Assembly (NCBI GenBank): GCA_051294375.1
Contig: CM119267.1
Location: 25,559,293-25,623,292, forward strand
Origin: Paraspadella gotoi
Lineage: Eukaryota > Animalia > Chaetognatha
Length of the DNA stretch: 64,000 bases
Reading direction: 5' to 3'
Positions 28,601-41,662 of the stretch are shown piece by piece; positions within the stretch are counted from its first letter, which is position 1; each line of letters starts with the position of its first letter. The translations under genes were made by a program, and so were the position numbers. Below the pieces are notes generated by a model that saw only the letters and a list, made by a program, of their open reading frames with translations, did no database searches and was not told the DNA's origin.

Positions 28601-31600
28601 AACTGGATATAAGGTTTCGATGGAATCGTTCGAGTTGAAATGAGTTTAAATGGAAAAAACATAAATGACATTAACTTAAATCTTTTTACTAATTTTAACC
28701 CATAATTACTCGAATTAATCATAATTGGATAGATAGATTACGATTACGTTTCGTTGGAATCGAGGAATGGAATGAGTTTGCATGGAAAAAACCAAAGTCA
28801 AGTCGACTTGTTTATGGCTTAGTCATGAATGTTTCAATTTAATTAATTATTTAATTAAATAATTAACTAAGTGAAAAAATGATGCGAGTTGAAAAAATGA
28901 TGCGAGTTGAAAAAATGATGCGAGTTGAAAAAATGATGGCGAGTTGAAAAAATGATGCGAGTTGAAAAAATGATTATTTATTCATTTATTTATTCATTTA
29001 TTTATTCATTTATTTATTTATTCATTTATTTATTTTTTCATTTATTTTTTCATTTATTTATTCATTTATTTATTTATTCATTTATTCATTCATTTATTTA
29101 TTCATTTATTTATTTATTCATTTATTTATTATTCATTTATTTATTTATTCATTCATTTATTCATTCTTTCATTTATTCATTCTTTCATTTATTTATTTAT
29201 TTATTCATTTATTTATTTATTTATTCATTTATTCATTTATTTATTTATTCATTTATTTATTCATTTATTTATTTATTCATTTATTTATTTATTTATTCAT
29301 TTATTTATTCATTTATTTATTCATTTATTTATTCATTTATTTATTCATTTATTTATTTATTATTCATTTATTTATTCATTCATTTATTTATTTATTAATT
29401 CTTTTATTTATTTATTATTCATTTATTCATTTATTCATTCATTTATTCATTCATTTATTTATTTATTCATTTATTTATTTATTCATTTATTTATTTATTC
29501 ATTTATTTATTTATTTATTCAGTTATTTATTTATTCATTTATTTATTCATTTATTTATTTATTCATTTATTTATTTATTTATTTATTCATTTATTTATTC
29601 ATTTATTTATTCATTTATTTATTTATTATTCATTTATTTATTTATTATTCATTTATTTATTTATTATTCATTTATTTATTCATTCATTCATTCATTTACT
29701 TATTTATTCATTTATTTATTTATTCATTCATTCATTTATTCATTCATTCATTTATTCATTTATTTATTCATTCATTTGTTTATTCATTCATTTATTCATT
29801 CATTTATTTATTTATTCATTTATTTATTCATTTATTTATTAATTAATTTATTCATTCATTTATTTATTCATTTATTTATTCATTCATTCATTCATTCATT
29901 TATTAATTTTTTATTCATTCATTTTTTCATTCATTCATTCATTCATTTATTCATTCATTTATTTATTCATTTATTTATTAATTTACCGCTTAATCATCGT
30001 GGGCAGATCCGACATTGTTTTCTCAAACTTGTTTTTTCTTCTTTAACTCTTTAAAAAGAAATCAACTTCGATGCACCGTGGACAAGTTGGAGGAGAGCGG
30101 CGAAGAGGCCAAGCGCCAGTTGAGACTCCAAGAGGATGAGCTCAACAAACGCTCGGCGGAGCTGCAGCAGCGGGACGATCGGCTCAAGAATCGCGCCGTT
30201 CATCTTCAGCAACAGGAGGAACAGATTGAGAATCTATCGTCGCAGCTGCGGCTGATGTTGAAAGAGGCGGAGGAGCTGAAGCAGGAGGCGAGATTAGTGG
30301 AGACGGAGAGCGAGGGTAGGAGAAAAGAGATGGAGAAGTTGAGAAGGAAATTGCAGGAAATTGGAAACGAAAAAGATGAGATGCAGAGGAAAGAGGAGGA
30401 ACTGAGAAGAAATAAAGAGGAGATGATAAAAGAAAAGGAGGAAATGACGAGTAAAGAGACGGAAATGACGACGACGATCGAACGATTGATGAAGGAAAAA
30501 GAAAACATCGAAAAAGAAGCGAAAATCGCTCGCGCAGAATCAACAGCCGCCAATTCAGAAATCTCTCTCCTTCGCGAAGACTTCGCCGCCCGACGCCTTC
30601 AAGCGGACGAAGCAGCCGCAGCCGGCGCAGCGCGTCTTCAGACGCTCCAGCGCGCTCTCGCCCGGACTCGTCAAGAGTTGGCCGATGCTGAGTCTCGCAT
30701 GGAGGCGAACGAGGAAGCGTCGCGTGCCGCCCGAGAGGAGCAGACGGCAGCGGAGAAGGAGGCCGAGAATAAAATCGTTCAATTGGAAAGGCTCGTCCGC
30801 GAATCAGCGGAGGATCGTCGGGCGGCCGAGCGTCGCGGAGATAGCGTCGCTGCTGATTTGGCGGTGGCCGTGGAAGAAGGACGTCGACTCTCGGTGGCAT
30901 TGGATGAGTTTAAAAGATCGGCGGAGGAGGCGAAAGCGGATATAACGGCGGCGAGGGCGAAAGCGAAAGAGGCTGAATTTGAGGCGGCGGCGACGAAGGA
31001 GAAATTAAAAGAAGCGACTCGATCGATCACCGAAATTCGTCGATCGAAAGATGAACTCGAGAGAAAGATAAAAATCGAGGCGAAGGAGACGGAGGACCGA
31101 CTTCAACATCTTCTTTCTGCCGCCGAAGAAGAAGCGCGTTCGGCCAAAGCTCAGCATTTCGCCGACGCCGAAGACCGACGCCGATCTCTCCAGACTCGCG
31201 TGACGCTTCTCGAGGACGCCGAGGCGAGGGCGACGGCGCTCGAATCCCGCGCCGCGGAGCTCGAAGCGGCGCTGGAACGCCGATCTCAGGACGTGGCCGA
31301 ATTAGATGCCGCGTTGGGTCGTCAGCGCGAGGAAGAGGCCCAGCGACGGGCGAGGGCCGAGTCGAATTTAATAGAAGCTCGGGCGGCCTTGGAGGATCGG
31401 GGACGAGCGCTGGTCAACGCCGAAGGCCTTGCCACCAGGGCTGAAGCTGCGGCGGAACAGGAGAGAACTGAACGAGCTGCGGCGGAAGCGCGGATCCTGG
31501 AAATGAAAAGCCTTATGGAATCGTCGGAACGGGACTCTCTTGCAAAATCCCGGGAGTTGGAATGCCTTGTCCGCGAGAGGGACGACCTCCTTGAAACGCT

Positions 31601-33280
31601 CCGCGTCAAGACGGAAGCGTCGGAGAAGACGGAACGGGTCGTCGACGAACAACGTCGTGGGATGAAGCAGCACGCTGCGCAGATTGCCGAGATGGACGCC
31701 GCTATCAGGTCGGATATTTATTTAAGAATATTTAAGAATATATAATTAATGAAATTGATACATCCAATATAAAAATTATCCATTCATTTAATAAATAAAC
31801 TCTCTTGCCCTTGACTCTTGACAGGCTTTTGTGATTTAAGGCCTACATCACTCTTACAAGATAATGACATAGCAAATCCCTGCAAGCTATAATTGAATTA
31901 AACCACGATGCCCGTTATTTTTCTGTCACAGAGAACGCCGCGTGGCCGATGCCGGCGCCATCGCGGGGCTTGAGGCGGAGCTGGCGTCCAGCCTCGGGCT
32001 TCGTGAAAAGGCTGAGCGAGACGCCGAGGAAATGAGGGCGATATTAAGAGAACGCGACTCCACAATAGAGGTTTGGTTTGGTTTGGTTTTATTTGATAGG
32101 ATTTCATTTCATTTCGTTTGTCGACTTCCTTTCGACAGGTGCTGACAGAGACCGGCGAGAGAAGCCGGTCGGAAATTCTCGCTCTTCGCGGAAGAATTAA
32201 GCAACTGGATGATTCCTTCGCGAGCTTGACCAACGAAAAGCGCGACCTGTCGCAGGAGTCGCGCCTGTTGAAGGAAGAACTGCAAGAGCGACACCAACGT
32301 CTGCTCGAATCCACACAGGTTTTACTCAGTTTAATTCGATTAAGTTAAAAGAAAAAGAAAATGTTTGATCACGTTTATTTTTATCTCCGCCGCAGGATCT
32401 TCGCCAAATGGCCGCCGCCACCTCGGCATTGGAGAAACAGCTGGATACTGTGCTGCAAGAGCGGGCGGAGGCGTCCAGATTGGCGGCGGGTGCGGCGGCG
32501 GACGAGACGCGTAAGGCGCATCTCTTGAAGGAAGAGGAGATGAAGAGGGAAATCCGTCGACTCAACTTTTCGATGGAATCCCTCGCCGAGGGTCACCGCG
32601 CGACGCTGGCCGACCGCGATCGACGGATCTCCGCCGCAGCTGCAGAGACTGAGGCGCTCAAGCAGCGGAAGAGTCAGTTGGAAGAGAAGCTTCTAGACTC
32701 GCAGCAACTCATGGCTGGGTTAAAGCAGGAATTGTTGATCAGGATGGGGGGCTCGAGCGAGGGCGGAGAGGAGAGACCGCAAAGAAGAGAAGGTGAAGGC
32801 GTGAAAGCTCCGACTGCGGTGGTGGGCGTGGCAGGCTTGGTAGGGGCGTCGGATGCGTTGGCCGCTTACATGGTTGGTCAAATCGATGACCCACGATCGC
32901 TTTCTCGCCGTCTTCCATCTTCCAATGAAGCTTCGTCGCCGGAATCGCGAATCGCTGAAGAAGGATTTAGAAAATCCATTTCTCTTTCCGCAAAGTCGAC
33001 GCCTCTCGGTACGACCGCCTCAGGAACAAGAGTTTTTGTCCGTTCAGCGAGCGCGGACGCCGCAGCCGCAGCCGCTGCTGCGACTCCCCCCGGTGTCAAA
33101 GTCGCAAACGCTCGGCCGCGCCGCGACTCTTCCTCTTCTTCGGAGGCCGACGCGGAAACGGCGGCGGTGGCGGCGGCGAAAAGACTCGAGCAACTCGAGT
33201 CGCAGTTGAAGGAGACTTCGAAAAAGCGGAGGGACGTCGACGATCGCTTGAAGGGAATTTTGAGAAAGAGGGGAAAGTGA
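22642..33280 (+). CDS. Large coiled-coil protein (~1300 aa), family not recognised; 9 exons
   Basis: Exons 22642-22907, 23301-23484, 23845-24190, 24258-24332, 25777-25960, 30059-31708, 31932-32070, 32139-32318, 32396-33280. All GT-AG, phases consistent, 3909 nt. E/K/R/A/L heptad-rich throughout. Confidence 0.82.
25006..25754 (+). mobile_element. Complete TRIM (miniature LTR retrotransposon)
   Basis: Near-identical LTRs at 25006-25262 and 25499-25754 (TGTGGCGG...TTGCCATA); TSD AGAC on both sides; PBS TGGTGAGCCC at 25265; G-rich tract before the 3' LTR; ~236-bp non-coding interior with 3 copies of GGGTACGCTACGACAAACGCCTAT. Confidence 0.92.
26006..26440 (+). mobile_element. HINE/DINE-1-like family 2 with (GTCC)n microsatellite
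   Basis: TTCACTTT.TCGGT.CGTCGGTCC start, (GTCC)n and GAAATTTTGTGTGTGGGTA core; related pieces at 4520-4720, 6690-6780 and 28570-28740. Confidence 0.68.
28873..29985. repeat. Five to six copies of an 18-mer followed by ~1 kb (ATTT/ATTC)n microsatellite
   Basis: AAAAAATGATGCGAGTTG tandem at 28873-28973, then mixed TTTA/TTCA tetramers. Confidence 0.95.
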
Positions 33281-33813
33281 GACGGAGAATGGAAGGAATA
33301 TGAAGAATAAGAAATGGAATTGACATATCATTTGATGTGTTACTAAGTAGCCAGCTGTTATTGTTTAACTGTTTTGAAAAGGATAACCAAATTTACTTCA
33401 CTCTGTGTCGTACTGTTGTTCGGAATTCCGTCCAATTCTCTTTCTTCGGTTTGCATGGTCGTTCTCACGAATCTTTCCCTACGCGCGATCGCGATTTCAA
33501 CGCCACTCGATCCGTTTTCGAAAATTAATCCTTTTGTCTCGTTATTGTCAAGCGAAAGTCAAAAAGTCTTAAACCTCATTCCTGTATCTGTGATTCAAAA
33601 CAAAAAACCTAACAAAAAAACAAACTAAAATCTCTTCTTCGTAAAAGATTTTGTTTTCAACTCGTTGCGTCGTCAACGTTACTTCTCAGGATTTATATAT
33701 TCTATATTTTGTCATTGTTTACACGCGTTGCGTATTGGATTTTATTAACTTTATTTTTTATTGTTAACCAGTGAGACTGAAAAAAAGGGAAGAAGCGTCC
33801 TTCTCCTTAAACG

Positions 33814-35782
33814 ATGGAACGCGAAGACATTTTAGTCGATCCAAAACCCCAAGGCAAAGTTGATTCGACTGGCGCCAGCACTGGCGGACTTAGCAGTGAC
33901 CAACCTAGCGCCAACTCTCGCACTTTGGACATTCACGAAACCATTTCTTCTCCCAGCCTCGTCGTCGTCGCCACCATCGCTCCTTGCATCAACTTAGAGA
34001 GAGGAAACGACGACGACGATTACGAGGAAGAAGAAGATGGACCTGACTACGAACCTCAACACAAGCGAATCAAGCGAAGCAAACGAAGCGACGACGACGA
34101 CGACGAAGAAGATGACGAAGTTTTGTTCCTCTGCGCGACGAAGAAACACGACGACACGATCGTCATCGACGAAGAAGAGGACGAACTTTATTGTCGCCGC
34201 CGCTGCGAATCCGTCGCATCCGCCGCTTCCACTCATGAACCACGGACGTCTTCGCCGGAGCGCAAAATCGAGTTCGTCGGTGAGACGCCGACGTCGGAAG
34301 CGGTGCCATTTCCGATTAAACGGGCGCCGATCACCGCAGGCGTCGAAGAGATCGTGCCGGAGAAATATAGGAAAATGTGGGTGAAGGAAAACAAAATTAT
34401 GGCAATGGTAGGGATTGCAATTTTACCTTTTTACCATTTTGCGGATCCTCAACGACCGTCTACTGAGTATATTTAGACCTTTGCCGTCATATTCAAACCA
34501 GGGATTGAGCCCGTGACGCACTGTTCAAATGATTTAGCCCGATCAGACTTAGGACAGACAGTGACGAAACGACTTTTAACTTTCTTTGTTTTTATTTGCA
34601 ATTTTGCAAGTGTTGCAAAAATTAATAATTGAATCTCCATGATGTAGGAAGAATGTGAATCAAAAGAGCTCTTATTGAACAACTAGGATCCATTATCCCT
34701 TGAAATTATTTCCCCAACATTTCCGTCTCAGCTTCTTCGAGTTTTCCCCCAACTCTTCCGTCGACGACGACGCCGTCTGGACCTTATTCTCGGGATTCGG
34801 AGACATCGATAGTCTCGTCGTTCGCGAGACGCCCAACAATTCCCCCGCCGAGGCTGGCCCAACCTTCCCCTCCTCCTCCTCCCCCGTGCGCAAGGGAAAC
34901 GTCCTATTCTCCAATTTCTACTCCGTCGATTCCTGCCTCAAAGCGCAACCTTTGTTGATCGGAGGCGAAGGCGGCGCCGTCGTCGTCTCTGTCCGGCGCT
35001 TGGAGGAGAAGGCGACGCCGGAACAAGAGGAGAGGGCCATCTACATCAGCGGCGTCTTTCATCTCAAGGCCGAAGACCTCGTTAATTACTTCTCTTCCTT
35101 CGGCGACGTCGAGGTTCGCGGAAAAATTGGGTAGCGGGGAATGGATGGGGATGAATGGGAATGAATTGGGTGGTGGGGAATGGAGGGGAATGAATTGGGG
35201 ATGACGAGATGGAGAAAAAAACAAAGTTAGAGGAGTGCTCAACAGCCGGAGGGAAAAAATAAAGCTGTAGGGGAAAAACAAATTTGATGAAGAAAACAAA
35301 GTTATCCTCGGGAAGAACAAAGTCCTCCTCTTCCAGAACTGCTCCGTGAAATCGACTCGCGGTTTCGCCTTCGTGACTTTTGTCGATTCTGATTCCGCCG
35401 ACAAATGTCTCCTTCAAAAGTTCCACAACGTCCAAGATTTGTTGTTGGAGGTGAAGCGTTCTTTCAAGAGGAATCGTAGAAACGCCCAATCGATGGTAAT
35501 TGTCTCTGAGCCGCTGAGAATTGAAGACTCGGCCTTTCGACCTCATTTGCTCTTTCTTTTTCCTTGAAGCGTCCTCCGATGTCCCGCCCTCGCTTCGACC
35601 GCGGACCTCGAAGTCGCCCCGAATCTCTCGCCAACGTCTCCATCACGCCATTTCCCCGTCACGTCGACCTCAAATTGAAGACGGAAGGCGACGTTGACGT
35701 AGCTGATATGAGTTGCTGCACCTCCGTGTCCAGTTCCGCTTCGGAATCTCTTTTAATTACAATTAAAAAGGAAATCATTTGA
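33814..35782 (+). CDS. RNA-binding protein with two RRM domains (hnRNP A1/Musashi-like) and acidic N-terminus; 4 exons
   Basis: Exons 33814-34376, 34732-35113, 35337-35495, 35570-35782. Splicing creates RKIFF...LFSGFGDI (RRM1), then RAIYISGV...YFSSFGDV and RNP1 RGFAFVTF (RRM2). Confidence 0.78.
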
Positions 35783-36284
35783 CTTTCGATCCCATTATTA
35801 GTAAATAGTAATTCATTCTCGTCTTTTATTCGTCTTAATTTAAATTATGAATTTTCGGGTGATATCAAAGTCGTTTTTCTTTTCGATCGCATTTCTCTTT
35901 GGCGAAGGATGAATTTTCGTAAAAGAGAAAATAAAATTTCTCTACCTTTGAGTCTAGATTTAGTTTTTATTACAGGGACTTCATTGATACGAAAAGGTGA
36001 GGACAGATTGAATAAGTTGTGAAAAAGAAGTGAAACTTAAAAAGCGAGAAAGAGACAACAGGGATATATAAATAATACATTGTGCAATATACGACAAAGA
36101 TAAATGCTTTGAAAAACTAAAATTAGTGAAATTTAACAATTATCTAATGGATAAATAGTTAACTAAGGGATGGAAAGTGAAAAATGAAATGAAATTTGTG
36201 AAAAATAAAATGTGAGAATTTTAAGTGTTAAGTAAGTGATTATAAAGTGAAATTTAAGGAGTAAGAAAGAGCTCAAAATGAGCT

Positions 36285-36885
36285 GGCCCCTTTTGGTTTA
36301 TGCAAATGAAGGGCATGGACGATGGTGACGGGTCATTGGCGCGTCAATGGCTGAGAGGAGAGTGCGATTGAACTGGTAAATTCTGCACCCGGGATTGTAC
36401 CAGGCGAAAAAATTCCAATGCCACTCTTATGTCTCTCTGACCTGATACGCCTGCCGGCTGCCCTCTTCTCGCCTGCTGGCAAGGCGGGCGATTGTCCAAT
36501 GTCCATTCTTGCCGCTTTTGCGACAGGAATGATGGATTCCTCTCCTTCCTCCTGAAGCCATCGTTTTTGGGGACGCTTAGTCCACAGAGAGAGGGGCTGA
36601 GTTGCTGCATTTGAAGGATAGGCATCATTTGCCCATTGCCTGCGCAAGGGTTTCCGCCTGTCTCGTTGAGTGGAGACAGGGGAATCATTGTGCGGGCGTG
36701 GTGGCGGCGGGGCCTACACCATGCATTTGATAAGCGAATCATAGCTTGGAGGGAGGTCGAATCGTCCTCCATCACGGTTCAAAGAGGGCTCGAGGGCTTT
36801 GATATAGACTCTCTCCTCCCTTCTTATGCACAAATTTCAAATCAAACTGTCAAAACGCTGATGAAGGCTTGTAAAGCAAGTCGAA
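36285..36885 (-). other. GC-richer, CpG-poor island, probable decayed retroelement fragment
   Basis: Composition resembles the retroelement at 61-64 kb rather than host exons; broken minus-strand ORFs; no recognisable motif. Confidence 0.35.
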
Positions 36886-37187
36886 ACATATCTGTTCAAT
36901 TTAAATAAAATTCGTTGCAAACAAAAACTTTGTTAATTCTCTAGTTTATTTAGTTATATTTAATAATTTAAATTTTATTTTTAATATATTTTAAAGAGAA
37001 AACATGATACTTAATATTCTATTAATATTATATTAATATTATATATTCAGTATTAATATTCTAATATTATGAAAAAAATTCATAACCTGTTGGCTCTTCG
37101 TTTCGATTATATTACACGTTCTTTCGTATTACTACAGATTGAAGTCCCTGTACATTTTGATTTTGAGATTTTATGATCATCAAAACC

Positions 37188-38929
37188 ATGAAAGTCGGAG
37201 GAAAGAAGCGAAGGTTGAGCGACGATGATGATCATGATGATGATGAAGACGAAATCGATCGAAGAAAGAAAAGAAAACATTTGATCCAAGATGATTTTTT
37301 TGGGAAAAACATTTCCGACTTCGATGCTTCTTTCGTTAAAAAAAAAGTCAGAGGAAAAGTCGTTTCTCATTTTGCGTCGTCATCATCATATTCAAATAGC
37401 GAGAGCGATGAAGAGAGCGGACCTGAAAATTCCTCCATTGAAAAGGAAGAGAGGAGATCATCGAAATACGAAGATGACGACATTAAAGGAAACAAAGAAA
37501 AGAGTTGGGTGTCGCCGCGAATCAATAAATCCGATAGAAAAAAGAAATCCTTTGTGTCCGACGACGACGACAAGGACAACAACGAAGAAGACAAGGATTC
37601 GATCCACGATTCTTTCTCATCGTCTAATCTAAGTTTGAAGAAATCCACCGGTAGTAGAATCCGCGCTCGAGGCGAGAAAGTTGCGCGGAAGGATACGATG
37701 AAATCGTCACAGGAAGACGACGACGGCGACGAAGACGACAATAATCCTGAGAAATTAGCATCGTCTTCTTTTTCTGAGGATGACGAAGATTCACCGTTGT
37801 CTCAATTAAATAAAAAATCAAAAACTGCATCGAGACGAAGAGAGAATAAGAAAAAAGTCGAAGTCAGAAAGTCGGATGAGGATGAAGACGAATCATCTTT
37901 GTCGAAAAGAAAAAAAAAGACGGAAAAAAAATATTCTGACTTTAGGTTGAAAAGAAAAAAGAATCGACAAGTCGACGAGGCGGCTTCTTCTTCCTCTTTC
38001 TCCGACGAAACGCCGCTTTCAAAACTTCAGGGTGCCGGTGCTCGAAACGACGCCGGCGACCAAGATGCCGACTCATCCGGCGTCTCCGATATTTCGCTCG
38101 TCGATGCCGATGAAAATACGCGCATTGAAATTGGGAAGAAATCGACAAAAGTGACGGTGAGATCTGTTGAGGCCAAGAAGTCGTCGCCTCAATTCGGAGA
38201 TGACAAAAAAGAAAAGAAGAAGAGAAATAAAAAGGAAAAGATAAGAGATACTAAGCTTTCGTCTCAAAGCAACAAAGAAAACGCGAACGTAAAATCTAAA
38301 GTGTCTTCGTCGAAATCCGTGTCGGGAAAAGTCGCTGGCCTCGCCAGACTGAAGAAATGTCTTTGGATATTAGGTGGGGGGAATCTTTTACAAAATTGAT
38401 TTATTTTTTATCCTTTAACATTTAATAATGAGTTGAGAAATAGGAAAAAAGTTTGAGAAAATCCGACAGAGCAACAAAGAGCAAAACATAAAGACAAAGA
38501 CAAATAAATGAATAGACTAAAGACGTTTATTTATTTCATTGATTTTTATTAATTTATGAAAAAGGAAAACGGTTGAATTACGTTCGTCTCTTCGACGGCG
38601 TCGACAAAATCGAGGATCAAAAGAAGAAACTCAAATCTCTCCTCTTGGATTTGGGCGTCGAGGGTCGACCCTCCATCGAAGGCTGCAAGAGACTCAAGGT
38701 CAAGAGGGACACCGAAGCCGAAGTGGCCGCCCTTGACCTCGGCAATATCATCGACGCCGGGAAGAGGAGTCGTCGGGGTGCGGAGGGCGTGGAGAGGAAG
38801 AGGGGAGGAGGAGGGGAGAAGACAAATTCGGCGAATAGAGATGACGACGACTACGAAAACGAAGAAGTCGAGGGCAAAAGAATCTCGAGGCTAAATCCTT
38901 TAATATTTGACGACGAGGACAGCGATTGA
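37188..38929 (+). CDS. HIRIP3: HIRA-interacting protein 3-like histone chaperone; 2 exons
   Basis: Exons 37188 (or 37173)-38373 and 38565-38929. A highly charged S/D/E/K region is followed by LARLKKCLWILGKRLNYVRLF...LGVEGRPSIEGCKRLK...EAEVAALDLGNII, which matches the HIRIP3 C-terminal (CHZ-like) motif. Confidence 0.8.
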
Positions 38930-39155
38930 TGTTCATTAACCGCAGTTCATTTTTTAACCCCTTAATTTTAGTTAATTCTCTTTCTTTAACCTCAGTGCCC
39001 TTTCTTTTTCTTTTTCTGCAATCTTTGGAATTCATTTGTTACCTCTTTTGAAACTTTTATATTTTTTCTGTTTTATTTTAGTTACTCAATGTTAAATTAT
39101 ATATTTGTGCCTTTCGATTACCTCGTAATTAACATTCATAATCATCTTTTTCCTC

Positions 39156-41634
39156 ATGTCGTCTGTCGTCGAAATCGTTCATCCTCCCTCCAAAATCCTC
39201 CGCCCTCTCGTAGGCAGCCTTTCCTCCTTCGACCGCCCTCCCTCTGCGATCCTGCTCTTCGAAAAGGCCGCCCAAATCGAGAAACGGCGCCCGGAGCGCC
39301 TCAGTTCCTCCGCTCGGCGCTGGATACGATGGAACGAGACTCGGCCACGCCTCTTCCAGGTGGCGGAGGAAGAGGAAGCGGACGCGGAACCTCCGCAATC
39401 TTTTCCCATGTGGAAAGTCGTTCTCGAACTCAACGGAAAAATGAAAATTATTCGGTCTAAACGAGAGATCGATTTGGCCTTCATCGACCGAGGCGCCTTT
39501 CCCGAGGACATCCTTCATCTCTCGGGCGACTCAGGCCAAACTCTCCGTCTCTCAGATCTCATCCTCGAATTTTGCGCGATTTTTTTCGATGGAATTCGCG
39601 TCAATTGGATGGAATCGGTGGAGATCGAAGCGGGAAAAGTCGGGAGGAGGATCAATAACAAGGAAAATGATCGATCGATTTTGGCGAGAGCTAAAATTTA
39701 TAACAAAAACCTATACATTTACCCGAATCAATTGAAAAAAAAAATTTAAAAGTAATAATGAAAGATTAATATTAAACAAGTTTGAGCAAACAATGTCGGA
39801 TCTGCCTACGAAAATTAATTAATTAATTTTAATATTTAATAATTAATTATAAATTTATATACAGCTTATCATCATCGATGTCCTTAAAATAAAGTAAATG
39901 TGACTTATATTTTTTTCCATTTGAACTCATTTCCACTGGCACAATTCCGTCAAAACTTTATATCGAGCTTCTTCACAAACTTCCCGCTCACAAAATTTCA
40001 TCTCAATCTATTATGGGTTAAAATAAGTAAAAGAGTCAAGTAAATGTGACTCATATTTTTTTCATTTAAACTCATTTCCACTCGTACCGAAACTTTATAT
40101 CAAGCTTCGTCACACATTTCCTACCCACACACAAAATTTGAACTCAATCTAGCCATCCAATTATGATTAATTAGAGTATTATTGGTTAAAATAAGTAAAA
40201 AGATTTTAGTAAATGGACTTATGTTTTTTCCATTTAAACTCATATCCACTCACACGATTCCGTCGAAACTTTATATCCAGCTTCAACACACATGTCCTAC
40301 CCATACACAAATTTCATTCCGATCCAACCAGCCAATCACAGTTATTGGGGCTTTTTGCTAAGGTGGGACGGATGGACAGATTGATTGACTGATTAATTAA
40401 TTAGTGATTAATTAATTGACTAATTGATTAATTAACTGATTAATTATTTGATTTATTAATACATCCTGCATATAAACATATAATATAAATAAGTAAAAAA
40501 AATCATAATCAATTAGTGAAACAGGTTTTTTGTTTTTTTCTATTTAAACTCATTTCCACTCAAACGATTCAATTGAAACTTGGTTTCATGTTCAATCACA
40601 CACTTTCCTACTCACATACAAAATTCCAGGTCAATCGCCCCATCCACTCATGAGCAATTGGTGTTCAAATAGTGAATTATATTTTTTTGTTTTTTCCGTT
40701 TAAACTCATTTCCACTCGGACGATTCCATCGAAACTTTATATCCAGCTCAATTACACACTTCCTTACCCACACACAAAATTTCATTCAAATCCATCCATC
40801 CAATCACGAGTAATTGGTGTTTTTTGCTAAGGTGGGACGGACGGACGGACAGAGGTCATTTTTTTTGAATAATTTATCATAATTCGATGTTTTGACATGA
40901 TATAAGTTAATGCCCGACAATATTGAGGGGGCGGACCGACGGACCGAAAAAGTGAATTATAGAGTCGGGATCTGCTGATAAGCAGATCCGACTAAAAATA
41001 AAAATCGATCGGTTATTTTTATTTGTAGACGAAGCGAAATCAATTTTCGGCCAAATCCATTCTCTCTTTGCTCGAAAGCAAAGTCCGCCCAGAATCTGTC
41101 GGCTTTGTCGGCCTGAGTTGGAGCGACCTGTATCCCGATGAAGAATTGGATTTCGTGCTGGGCCAAGCCTCGCACGAGCAGCGATGCGCTGTGGTCAGCT
41201 TTGGCCGCTTCGACCCCAAAGACGATAACGAGGATGAGGACTTTTCTCGATTGGACGGTCCCCTGCTTTGGCGATTGTTTCGTTGTCTCTCCCACGAAAT
41301 CTGTCATCTTCTTTATTTTTCCCACTGCAAATACTTTAATTGCTGCATGTCCAATACTTCCTCCGTGCGCGACGTATTGAGAAAACCTTTATTCTTATGT
41401 CCCGTCTGCTTGAGAAAGTTGCAGCATCTTTGCGACTTCGACGTCGTCGATCGCTACGAAAAGATGCTCATTTTTTTTCGATCTTTGCGCGGAGGGGAGA
41501 TGGACTCGGAATTCCTCGATCATTCCGTTATATGGTTGGATCGAGTTCTCGATTTTTTAAAGAATCACGAATCCTTCGTCTCTCCGCGAAAAAATGCGAT
41601 GAATTGTTTTGCCTCAATTTTTCTCAGCTCATGA
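39156..41634 (+). CDS. AMZ2: Archaemetzincin (AMZ2-like, peptidase M54); 2 exons, donor site non-canonical or uncertain
   Basis: Exon 1 runs from 39156 to 39662 or 39683; exon 2 is 41029-41634. Motifs DLYPDEELDFVLGQAS, VVSFGRF, zinc site HEICHLLYFSH and Cys4 site HCKYFNCCM...LCPVCLRKL. Confidence 0.85.
39790..40955 (-). mobile_element. HINE/DINE-1-like family 2 with internal tandem repeats, fills the AMZ intron
   Basis: Reverse complement of the 26006 head at 40740-40955; about 5 imperfect repeats of TTTAAACTCATTTCCACTC...GAAACTTTATATC...CCTACCCACAC. Confidence 0.68.
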
Positions 41635-41662
41635 CTCATCAGTCGAGAATCGGTCGTCGGCG

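Noticed and set aside
28873-28973. Short direct repeats resembling a CRISPR array
   Set aside because: Head-to-tail 18-mers without spacers, no cas genes, eukaryotic intron.
28952-30054. ORFs rich in F/I/Y/H/S
   Set aside because: Translations of the (ATTT/ATTC)n microsatellite inside an intron.
34377-34731. Donor at ATG|GTAGGG (34408) or extra exon at 34477 in the RRM gene
   Set aside because: Phase-incompatible with exon 34732; donor 34377 (GTGGGT) restores frame and the RKIFF motif.
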